From assembly GCA_965218045.1 (NCBI GenBank), contig CBDCJX010000007.1:63075-127074 (forward strand): 64,000 bases of DNA, written 5' to 3'. The position numbers and the translations under genes are program-made. This stretch comes from Acetobacteraceae bacterium. Lineage in GTDB: Bacteria; Pseudomonadota; Alphaproteobacteria; Acetobacterales; Acetobacteraceae. Positions 23,478 to 31,119 of this stretch are shown here, piece by piece. Positions within the stretch are counted from its first letter, which is position 1. Every line of letters begins with the position of its first letter. The notes under the pieces are model-generated. The model had not been told where the DNA came from and ran no database searches. It was given only the letters and a program-made list of their open reading frames with translations.

Positions 23478-25624
23478 GCGGGCTCCTGCAGACGCAAGGT
23501 CGGCGCCCCCGCCGCAGCCGGCTCGACCACGCCGATGATCGCGGCATGCAGCCCGGCCGCTGCCATCGCGTCGACGCAGGCCCACGCCCGCTCCGGCGGG
23601 ATGCCGGCGAGCAGCCCGCCCGACGTTTGCGGGTCCGCCAGCAATGCCAGCCGGACATCGTTGCCGCCTATCCCCGCCCGACGCATCACCCTCTCATTTT
23701 CCGGCGCGAGGGTGCTCTCCACCCCGCGCGCGGCGAGCTCCAGCGCGCCATCGAGCGCCGGTATGGCCGACAGCCACAGCCCGGCCGCTTTGCCGGCGGC
23801 GTCCAGCATCTCGAGCAAGTGGCCGGCGAGCCCGAACCCGGTCACGTCGGTGCAGGCGCTGGCGCCGTGCTGGCGCAGGATGCGGATGGCGTCGGCGTTG
23901 GTCCGGCGCATCTGATCGAGTGCCGCTTGCAGCCAGCGCGCCTTGGTCTGGCCGCGCATGTGGCCGGCCAGCAGGATGCCGGTGCCGAGCGGCTTGCTGA
24001 GCAGCAACGCGTCGCCCGCCCGCAACCCGGCCTTGCGCAGCACCTGCGACGGCTTGGCAAGGCCGGTCACCGCGAAGCCGAGCGCGGCCTCGGCGGCCTC
24101 GGCGGTGTGCCCGCCTACCAAGGTGCAGCCATCGGCCGCCAGCACGGTGGTGGCACCCTGCATCATCGCGGCGAGATCGCTGCCGAGCTTGGCGGTCGGC
24201 ATGGCGGGGAGGGCGGCGATCGCCAGCGCGGTCCAGGGTCGGGCGCCCATCGCGTGCAGATCGGATAGCGCATGGGCGGCGGCGATCTGCCCGAACAGGA
24301 ACGGGTCGTCGATGAAGGCGCGGAAATGATCCACCGTCTGCACCACCGCCATGCCGGGCGGCGGCAACGCCACCGCCGCGTCGTCGGGTTCACCAAGGGC
24401 GAGCAGGATGTCGGCGCCCGGCGTGTGCGGCAGGCCGGCGAGCGCGGCGCCAAGCACCTCCGCGCCGACCTTGGCGCCGCAGCCGCCGCAACGCATCGGA
24501 TCGCGCGGGTCTTCCGCCATCGGCTTCATTGCGCCGTACATGCGCATCCAGCGCCGATCGAGATAGTCCTTCCAGCGCCACACCAGCCGACCATGCACCG
24601 CCAGGCCGTTGCGCCAGGCGATCGCGTCGCCGTCGCCAAGGCCAAGGATCACCAGCGCTTGCGCCTGGGGATGCCAGCGGCGCAAGGGACGTCCCCGCGC
24701 CGCGCGGCGAAGGTTTGCCGCGAGGGTGGAGCTGGCGCGCACCGCCCACACCCCAGCCTTCGGCCTCGGCGCGCCCGCCACGCTCGCGCAGTCACCGGCC
24801 GCGAACACCACCGCGTGGCTTGTGCTGCGCAAGCAATGGTCCACGACGATGCAGCCCGCCGCGTCGGTCGCCAGCCCGGCCTCGGCGAGGAAAGCCGGCG
24901 CGACCACGCCGGTGGCCCACAACACCTCGTCGGCGTCGAGGAACGTGCCGTCGGACAGGCGGAGCCGCCGGTCCTCGTGACCGCTCGCTCGCACGCCGCA
25001 GACCAGTTCCACCCCGGCCTCGACCAGCGCCGTGCGCGCGGCGGCGCGGGCGCGCGCGGGTGCGTCGGGCAGCGGCTCGCGCCCGCTGCACACCAGGGTC
25101 AGGCGGAAGCGGCGGCGAAACCGGTGCGCCAAGGCCAGCGCCAGCTCGGTCCCGCCGGGTCCCGCGCCGACCACGGCGATCCGCGCACCCTCGGCGAGCC
25201 GGGTCTCGGCCGATGCCAGTCGGTCCAGGAAGCGGCCGATCGGCTTGACGGGCAGGCCGGCGCCCTCCGGCATCGCCGGCAGTCCGCCGACATCAACTGA
25301 AAGAGAATCGAACGGCAGGTCCGGCCGTCCGGCGACCGCGACGGTTTGCCGCGTCAGGTCGAGCCCGGTCGCCTCGGCGAGGACCAACCTGGCATCGGCG
25401 GCGGCGGCGAGCGGGGCGAGATCGATATGCGCCTCGTCGAACGTATAGTCACCGCGCAGCAAGCCGGGCAGCATGCCCGAATAGGGCGTGTGCGGCTCGC
25501 GGGCGATCAGGGTGACGCGCACGCCGGGCTCCGGCCGCATGGCGAAGCGGCGCAGCACCTCGACATGCGCGTGTCCGGCACCGAGCAGGACGAGGTCGGT
25601 CGCGATCGGCGCGCGAGGCTTCAT
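23474..25624 (-). CDS. selD: fusion of an FAD-dependent pyridine nucleotide-disulfide oxidoreductase (NDH-2-like) with selenide, water dikinase SelD
   Basis: The N-terminal ~360 aa has LVLLGAGHAHV and IAVVGAGPGGTE dinucleotide folds. The C-terminal ~350 aa is SelD/AIR-synthase-like, with the Cys-type active-site loop MRCGGCGAKVG. 716 aa in a single frame. Confidence 0.85.
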   Translation of the reverse strand: MKPRAPIATDLVLLGAGHAHVEVLRRFAMRPEPGVRVTLIAREPHTPYSGMLPGLLRGDYTFDEAHIDLAPLAAAADARLVLAEATGLDLTRQTVAVAGRPDLPFDSLSVDVGGLPAMPEGAGLPVKPIGRFLDRLASAETRLAEGARIAVVGAGPGGTELALALAHRFRRRFRLTLVCSGREPLPDAPARARAAARTALVEAGVELVCGVRASGHEDRRLRLSDGTFLDADEVLWATGVVAPAFLAEAGLATDAAGCIVVDHCLRSTSHAVVFAAGDCASVAGAPRPKAGVWAVRASSTLAANLRRAARGRPLRRWHPQAQALVILGLGDGDAIAWRNGLAVHGRLVWRWKDYLDRRWMRMYGAMKPMAEDPRDPMRCGGCGAKVGAEVLGAALAGLPHTPGADILLALGEPDDAAVALPPPGMAVVQTVDHFRAFIDDPFLFGQIAAAHALSDLHAMGARPWTALAIAALPAMPTAKLGSDLAAMMQGATTVLAADGCTLVGGHTAEAAEAALGFAVTGLAKPSQVLRKAGLRAGDALLLSKPLGTGILLAGHMRGQTKARWLQAALDQMRRTNADAIRILRQHGASACTDVTGFGLAGHLLEMLDAAGKAAGLWLSAIPALDGALELAARGVESTLAPENERVMRRAGIGGNDVRLALLADPQTSGGLLAGIPPERAWACVDAMAAAGLHAAIIGVVEPAAAGAPTLRLQEPA

Positions 25625-25739
25625 GCGCGCAAGGTAGAGCAGCGCCGGCCAGGCTTGAAGCCCACGCAGCCGGCGAGGTGTCGTTCAAGCGCCGGCTGAT
25701 CCGTGCGACATTGCGGGCGGGCGAGAAGGAGCGGATCGA

Positions 25740-26555
25740 ATGGCGGCAATGTCGCGGCGACGGGAGCACTCGTCGCGCCGTAGCACGCCTTGGAGCATCG
25801 TGCTCGGGATGGCGTTTGCCGTCGGGGCGGTGCTCGCAACCGTCGGATTAGCCCGAGTCGTGGACCCGAACGCGCTGTGGAAGATCGTCCACGGTCAGTG
25901 CGTGCCGAACCAGATGGAGCACAACAATCCCGCGCCCTGCGCCGCGGTCGATATCTCGGTCGGCCCGGACAAAGGCAGCGCGGTGCTGAAGGACGATTTC
26001 GGGCGAACCCAGTTCCTGCTGATCGCGACCGCCCGCATCAGCGGGATCGAGAGCCCCGAGATTCTCGATGCCGCCGCGCCGAACTACTGGCAGGATGCCT
26101 GGAACGCGCGAACATTTGTCCAGGCGCGTGCGCCCGCGAAGCTGTCGCGTGACGATATCGGCTTGGCGATCAACGCCGAGTCGGCGCGCACGCAGAACCA
26201 GCTCCACATCCACATCGACTGCATCCGGCCCGCCGTGCGGGACGCGCTGCGTGCCGCGCAAGCGGGGATTCGCGACTCGTGGTCGAAGATCGCGCTGCTT
26301 GGGCAGGATTTCAGCGTGCGCCGGATCGACCAGCCCGAGTTCGGCATCATCAACCCGTTCAAGCTGGTCGCCCGCGAACTCGTGTCGGGCGATGCCGGCA
26401 TGGCCGCCGAGACCATCGTGCTGGTCGGCGCCAGCTTCGGTGGCGATCGGGACGGCTTCTATCTGCTTGCCCAGAAGGTCGAACCCGGAACGGCCAATCG
26501 CGGCCACGGCGAGGACCTGCTCGATCACGCCTGCGCCGTCGCCGGAAAAGGCTAG
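25740..26555 (+). CDS. cdh: CDP-diacylglycerol diphosphatase
   Basis: ALWKIVHGQCVPNQ..NNPAPCAAVD and RTQNQLHIHIDCIRPAVRDAL closely resemble E. coli Cdh (QNHFHIHISCIRPDV). N-terminal membrane anchor present. Confidence 0.85.
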   Translation: MAAMSRRREHSSRRSTPWSIVLGMAFAVGAVLATVGLARVVDPNALWKIVHGQCVPNQMEHNNPAPCAAVDISVGPDKGSAVLKDDFGRTQFLLIATARISGIESPEILDAAAPNYWQDAWNARTFVQARAPAKLSRDDIGLAINAESARTQNQLHIHIDCIRPAVRDALRAAQAGIRDSWSKIALLGQDFSVRRIDQPEFGIINPFKLVARELVSGDAGMAAETIVLVGASFGGDRDGFYLLAQKVEPGTANRGHGEDLLDHACAVAGKG

Positions 26556-26827
26556 GCGAGCAGGTCCTGGTATTCGTCGTGGCGCTCGATGAACGACGCG
26601 ATGAACGGGCATTCCGCGACGATCTTGCGCCCGGAGCGACGCACCTCGTCGAGCACGCCCCGCGCCAGCTTCGAGCCGATGCCGCGGCCGCCGAGCGCTT
26701 CGGGAACCTCCGTGTGGGTCAGCACGAGGTTGCCGTCGGCCTCGGCATATTCCACGAAGGCGGTGCTGCCGTCCGCCGCGAACTCAAACCGGTGGCGGCC
26801 CGGATTGTCGATTACGCTCTCGGCCAT
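26552..26827 (-). CDS. GNAT family N-acetyltransferase (small YjdJ-like type)
   Basis: 91 aa. Has RHRFEF....A.VEY......LVLTHTEVPEALGGRGIGSKLA...L...R..G.KIV..CPF, typical of the short GNAT family. AGGAGG RBS 8 nt upstream. Confidence 0.75.
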   Translation of the reverse strand: MAESVIDNPGRHRFEFAADGSTAFVEYAEADGNLVLTHTEVPEALGGRGIGSKLARGVLDEVRRSGRKIVAECPFIASFIERHDEYQDLLA

Positions 26828-26845
26828 CTTCTATGTCCTCCTGAT

Positions 26846-26861
26846 TGGCACCCATCCTGCG
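26846..26861 (+). promoter_or_regulatory. candidate sigma-54 (-24/-12) promoter
   Basis: TGGCACC-catc-CTGCG. The -24 TGGCAC hexamer is perfect and the GG-N10-GC spacing is exact. It points into the 368-bp intergenic region upstream of the SnoaL-like gene. Confidence 0.35.
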
Positions 26862-27076
26862 AAGGATCAATTCACTTGCGCCCCTGCGTGATGCCGTCCT
26901 ATATGCCTCTACCCGTAACCAACTGAAAGGAGGTGATCCAGTGTCTCATTGTTTCGTGTCGGCGCCTGTCGCCGTGGCCTGGATCTCCGGAGCGAGGCTT
27001 CGCATCGCGGAGTAGTCCGTCCGCGGTTGAGCGGAACGCCCACAAACAATGTCGAAGGCCTCGGTGTTTGTCGCCG

Positions 27077-27110
27077 GGGCCTTCTCCATTTCTGGGCCTT
27101 CTCCATTTCT
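27077..27110. repeat. perfect 17-bp tandem duplication (GGGCCTTCTCCATTTCT x2)
   Basis: Read directly: unit 1 is 27077-27093 and unit 2 is 27094-27110. Intergenic. Confidence 0.95.
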
Positions 27111-27195
27111 GGGACTGCTCCGTCCGGGGGGCGCATTCTCGCAGCGCCCGGAGGAGTGCTAGGCTTCCCGCCAACACGACCGGGGAGCGAGAAAC

Positions 27196-27597
27196 ATGCC
27201 GAGTGTTGCCGAAGAGAAGGAGGCGATCCGCGACCTCCTGGCGGAGTATTGTTTCCACATCGACGACGATCGCTTTGCCGAGATGGCGACCTTGTTCACC
27301 GAGGACGGCACCTGGGACACCGCGTTCGGCAAGGCCACCGGCCGAGCGGACATCGAAGCCCTGATCCGCCGCATCGCCGGGGACGAACCGCGATCACGTC
27401 GCATCCACGCGGTGAGCAACGTCGCCATCCGCCTCGACGGAGAGCAGGCGCGGGTGAAGTCGAACTGGATTCTGGCGCAGAACAGCGAGCGGGGCCCGAT
27501 CATCAGTTCGGGCGGCGGCTATGCCGACGAGCTGGTCAAGCAGGGCGGGCGCTGGCTATTCAAGCTGCGCAAGATCGACCGTTACGTCCGCGACTGA
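27196..27597 (+). CDS. SnoaL-like / NTF2-fold domain protein
   Basis: 133 aa. EAIRDLLAEYCFHIDDDRFAEMATLFTEDGTW...RHAVSN...KLRKI is typical of SnoaL_4/NTF2-like proteins. GGGGAG RBS. Confidence 0.65.
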   Translation: MPSVAEEKEAIRDLLAEYCFHIDDDRFAEMATLFTEDGTWDTAFGKATGRADIEALIRRIAGDEPRSRRIHAVSNVAIRLDGEQARVKSNWILAQNSERGPIISSGGGYADELVKQGGRWLFKLRKIDRYVRD

Positions 27598-27740
27598 TAT
27601 GCCACCCGCCGCGGGTTCTCACCCGGCTGTGCGGTGCTCGGCGAATGCCCAGCCCCCCGGCTCCACTCACGTTTGAACTGCAAGAGGCATTTTCGTTTCG
27701 AAATCGGAACGTTATTGACACGTCAAAGTTGGGCGACGCG

Positions 27741-28400
27741 TCAGGCTCGAAAAAGCGGCGGTGGCCAGGAGGGCAGGGAGGCCGGCGGCTTGGCGGACGC
27801 GGCCCGGCGACGCCCCAATGGGGCATGGGGTGGGGATTGGGGTGGGGTGTCGGGCGTTGCGACAGGCGACGCCTCGCCCGGCGCTGCGGCGAGCGCCGCC
27901 GGAGCGAGCGGTTGCGTCGAACGCGGCGGCTTCGGCGGCAGCCGCAGCGGCGCGGGCAGTGGATCGTTGGTCAGCCGGCGCCACAACGGGCGCAGCAGCC
28001 GACCCGCTTGCGGCGACGCCGCGAGCAGCGCCTGCATCTCCGCATCCTCGACCAGCGCCAGCAGCCAGGCGCCGAGATACCCGGCGCCGAACCGCGCCAG
28101 CACCGGGCCGCCCGGCAGCTTCGACCGTTCCGGTGGTGTCGACTCGGCCGGCTCGGCTGCCCGGCGCGGCGCCCGGTCCTTGCGCGGCGCAAGCGTCCCG
28201 GCGGCGAACTGCGCATGCAGCGCGGCGAGGCGCCGCGTCGTGCGCTGCAGGTACTTCCACAGCAGCAAGGCGAGCGGCCCCAGCACGTCGCGGTTCCGGG
28301 GGTTCCGGTCGACCCAATCGGCGAGCGTCCACCTCAGCCGCTCGACGAGCAGGCCGAAGCGGCACATCAAGCCGGTTGGGGTGGAGGGGGCTGGGGACAT
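27741..28400 (-). CDS. hypothetical protein with a Pro/Ala/Arg-rich C-terminal half
   Basis: ATG 28400 within ORF 27741..28532. The N-terminal ~140 aa has normal composition (LLWKYLQRTTRRLAALHAQF, LVEDAEMQALLAASPQAGRLLRPLWRRL). All six frames are open here, so this call is weaker. Confidence 0.45.
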   Translation of the reverse strand: MSPAPSTPTGLMCRFGLLVERLRWTLADWVDRNPRNRDVLGPLALLLWKYLQRTTRRLAALHAQFAAGTLAPRKDRAPRRAAEPAESTPPERSKLPGGPVLARFGAGYLGAWLLALVEDAEMQALLAASPQAGRLLRPLWRRLTNDPLPAPLRLPPKPPRSTQPLAPAALAAAPGEASPVATPDTPPQSPPHAPLGRRRAASAKPPASLPSWPPPLFRA

Positions 28401-28604
28401 GGGCGGAGTGTATACGCCTCTGTTATCATTGGTGTCAACAAGATAGTTATTTTCGCTGCCATGGGCGCATGCGTTTAGACGGCGGGGTTGATGCGTATTG
28501 TCGCGGGCCTCGCCGAGGTCCGCGCCGACCATTGGCTAAGAACGGTCAGCGAAAAGGACTTGTGGTATGAGCCCGCGCAGAGCGAAAACGCAAGCAGGAG
28601 GAAC

Positions 28605-29024
28605 ATGATGCCGGAAGTGAGAGCGACCGAGGACGTCCCGCTCGCCGCCGACCAGGTGTGGCAGGTGATCGGGGAATTCTCGAACATCCGCAAATGGGCC
28701 GTTTTGGTGCAGAGCGAGACCACCGAACAGACACCGCAGGGCAAGGTCCGCAGCCTGACCATGCCGGACGGACGGGTGGTGCGCGAGCTGCTGGTCAAGG
28801 AGAGCGCGTTTTCCTACACGTATTCGCTCGAACGGCCGGACATGAAGGAGTACTTTTCCACGGTATCGGTCGCGCCGGTCAGTGACAGCGCGTCGCGCAT
28901 CGAGCTGTCGATCCAGTTCGTGCCGACCGACGAAAGCGCCGGCGCCGAGATCGCCGAGCGCTTGCCACGCAACTTGCGCGGTAACATCAAGGCAATGAAA
29001 AAGGCGCTCGACCTGCCGACCTGA
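28605..29024 (+). CDS. SRPBCC family protein (polyketide cyclase/dehydrase-like)
   Basis: ATG 28605 with an AGGAGG RBS. The pattern V.A..D.VW.VIG.F.....W is typical of SRPBCC/Bet v1-like proteins. 139 aa. Confidence 0.65.
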   Translation: MMPEVRATEDVPLAADQVWQVIGEFSNIRKWAVLVQSETTEQTPQGKVRSLTMPDGRVVRELLVKESAFSYTYSLERPDMKEYFSTVSVAPVSDSASRIELSIQFVPTDESAGAEIAERLPRNLRGNIKAMKKALDLPT

Positions 29025-29098
29025 GTCATGCCCCGAGGTCGCGTTGATCCCGACCAGGGTGGCTACTACGATTGGTGGCAACACCTTGGGAGGAACCG

Positions 29099-30160
29099 AT
29101 GCGGCCGAGGATAGCGATTGTCGGGACCGGCGCGGTCGGCGGATATGCCGGCGCCCACATGGTGCAGGCCGGCGAAGACGTGGTGTTCATCGACGCCTGG
29201 CCGGAGAATGTCGAGACCATGCGCAGCAAGGGTTTGCGCATCTCGCACATTCGCGATGTGCCCGAGTTCACCGTGCCGGTTACCGCGCTGCACCTTACCG
29301 ACGTGCAGAGCCTAGCCAAGCAGGCGCCGATCGACATCGCCTTCGTTTGCGTCAAGGCATACGACACCGCCTGGGCGACGACGATGATCGCGCAATACCT
29401 CTCGCCCAACGGCTACGTCGTCTCGCTGCAGAACTGCATGAACGAGGAAACCGTCGCCAGCATTGTCGGCTGGGGCCGCACGCTCGGCTCGATCGCCAGC
29501 TCCATCACCGTTGATCTGTGCGAGCCCGGCCACGTGCGCCGCGCCGCCGGCAAGAGTGGCGCGCGGCACACCGTGTTCCGCGCCGGCGAGGTGCATGGCC
29601 GTATCACCGACCGGGCGCAGCAAGTGTGCAAGCTCGTCGGTTACGCCGACAGCGCGCAGGTGACGGCCAATCTCTGGGGTGAGCGCTGGTCGAAGCTGGT
29701 GACCAACGTGATGGGCAACGGCTTGTCGGCCTGCACCGGCCTGATCAGCAAGGACATCATTCGCGACGACACCTTGCGGCACTTCTCGTCGCGGCTCGGC
29801 AGCGAGGCGATTCGCGTCGGCCAGGCGCTCGGCTATGAGCTCGAGGAGATCCTGCATTTGCCGCCGGAGACCATCGCGCGCGCCGGCGAGGGCGACACGG
29901 CGGCGACACGCGAGGTCGACGAGCACCGGTTGGCCGAGACCCAGAAGGGTGGCGGCGAGCATCGCCCGTCGATGGGCCAGGACATGGTGAAGGGCCGGCG
30001 CACCGAGATCGAGTTCCTCAACGGTTTCATCGTCGGCAAGGGCCAGGAGATCGGCTACTCGACACCCGCCAACGCCGCGCTGACCGACATCGTCAAGCGG
30101 GTCGAGAAGGGCGAGCTGCAACCCGACAAGCGCCACATCATCGACCTGCGGCTGAACTGA
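29099..30160 (+). CDS. ketopantoate reductase (PanE/ApbA) family oxidoreductase
   Basis: IAIVGTGAVGGYAG Rossmann motif at the N-terminus. The C-terminal ApbA_C-like region carries the RRTEIEFLNG motif. Confidence 0.72.
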   Translation: MRPRIAIVGTGAVGGYAGAHMVQAGEDVVFIDAWPENVETMRSKGLRISHIRDVPEFTVPVTALHLTDVQSLAKQAPIDIAFVCVKAYDTAWATTMIAQYLSPNGYVVSLQNCMNEETVASIVGWGRTLGSIASSITVDLCEPGHVRRAAGKSGARHTVFRAGEVHGRITDRAQQVCKLVGYADSAQVTANLWGERWSKLVTNVMGNGLSACTGLISKDIIRDDTLRHFSSRLGSEAIRVGQALGYELEEILHLPPETIARAGEGDTAATREVDEHRLAETQKGGGEHRPSMGQDMVKGRRTEIEFLNGFIVGKGQEIGYSTPANAALTDIVKRVEKGELQPDKRHIIDLRLN

Positions 30161-30246
30161 GGGATCTGCGAGGCCACGGGCGGCAGCTTCTCACTCAATG
30201 GGATCGGGCGCATGATCCGAGGTGTGGGAACACGGAGGACGAGCCG

Positions 30247-31119
30247 ATGAACGTGATGCGAAACACCAAATTCGAGCGGATCGAGACCCGCCGGATTTCG
30301 GGCGCGCTGGGCGCCGAGGTCGAGGGCGTCGATCTCTCGCAGGATTTGGACGAGCAGACCCTGCGCGAGGTACGCGGCGCGCTGCTCGATAACTGCGTGA
30401 TCTTCTTCCGCAACCAGTCGTTCACCCCGGACCAGCTTCTCGCCTTTGCCCGACGCTGGGGCGAGATCCACTTGCATCCGTTCATGGAGGGGATGCCGAG
30501 CCATCCGGAAATCCTGGAGATCGTCAAGCGACCGACCGACAAGAAGAATTTCGGCGGTTCCTGGCACACCGACCAGATGTTTTCGCCGCAGCCGGCGATG
30601 GGCACCATGCTGTACGCCAAGGAGGTTCCCTCCGCCGGCGGCGACACGATGTTCACCAACCAGTATCTCGCCTACGAGTCGCTGTCGGATGGCATGAAGC
30701 GGATGATCGCCGACCTCAAGACGGTCTGCGTCGGCGACAATTTCAAGGGCCACGGCGGCAAGTCGCGCAAGGAGATACACGCCGGCCAGAGTGCGATGCG
30801 CGTGAAAGACCCCGGCGACGTGCAGACCACCTCGGTGCATCCGCTGGTCCGTACCCACCCGGAGACCGGGCGCAAGTCGCTCTACATCGGCAACCATGTG
30901 CAGCGCTTCGACGGCATGACCGACGCGGAGAGCGAGCCGCTGATCGCGTTCCTGATGCAGCACTCGACCCGGCCGGAGTTTACTTGCCGGTTTCGCTGGG
31001 AAACCGGGTCGCTGGCGTTCTGGGACAACCGGTGCGTCCAGCACTTCGCGATCAACGACTATCCGGCCGAGACGCGCATCATGCACCGCATCACCATCTG
31101 CGGCGACACGCCGCACTGA
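30247..31119 (+). CDS. TauD/TfdA family Fe(II)/2-oxoglutarate dioxygenase
   Basis: WHTDQMF (H-x-D facial triad), GGDTMF, VHPLVRTHPETGRKSLY, and a C-terminal RIMHRITI. 290 aa. Confidence 0.85.
   Translation: MNVMRNTKFERIETRRISGALGAEVEGVDLSQDLDEQTLREVRGALLDNCVIFFRNQSFTPDQLLAFARRWGEIHLHPFMEGMPSHPEILEIVKRPTDKKNFGGSWHTDQMFSPQPAMGTMLYAKEVPSAGGDTMFTNQYLAYESLSDGMKRMIADLKTVCVGDNFKGHGGKSRKEIHAGQSAMRVKDPGDVQTTSVHPLVRTHPETGRKSLYIGNHVQRFDGMTDAESEPLIAFLMQHSTRPEFTCRFRWETGSLAFWDNRCVQHFAINDYPAETRIMHRITICGDTPH

Noticed and set aside
26911-26960. Possible 16S rRNA gene fragment on the minus strand
   Set aside because: Only the 17-nt terminal sequence matches. The flanks (…CGAAACAATGAGACA on the minus-strand 5' side, AGTTGGTTACGGG on the 3' side) bear no resemblance to helix 45 or the ITS. 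It is not an rRNA gene.
27715-27726. TTGACACGTCAA inverted repeat, considered as an FNR/FixK/CRP-type box
   Set aside because: The arms are separated by 2 nt (TTGAC-N2-GTCAA), whereas FNR/FixK boxes need TTGAT-N4-ATCAA. It also lies in a convergent 3' intergenic region, not a promoter.
26949-28478. 509-aa plus-strand ORF, and the similar 27634..28446 and 27761..28570 ORFs
   Set aside because: They are extremely Arg/Gly/Pro/Ala-rich. They cross an intergenic region and overlap the well-supported SnoaL-like gene out of frame. They are artefacts of an all-frames-open GC-rich stretch.
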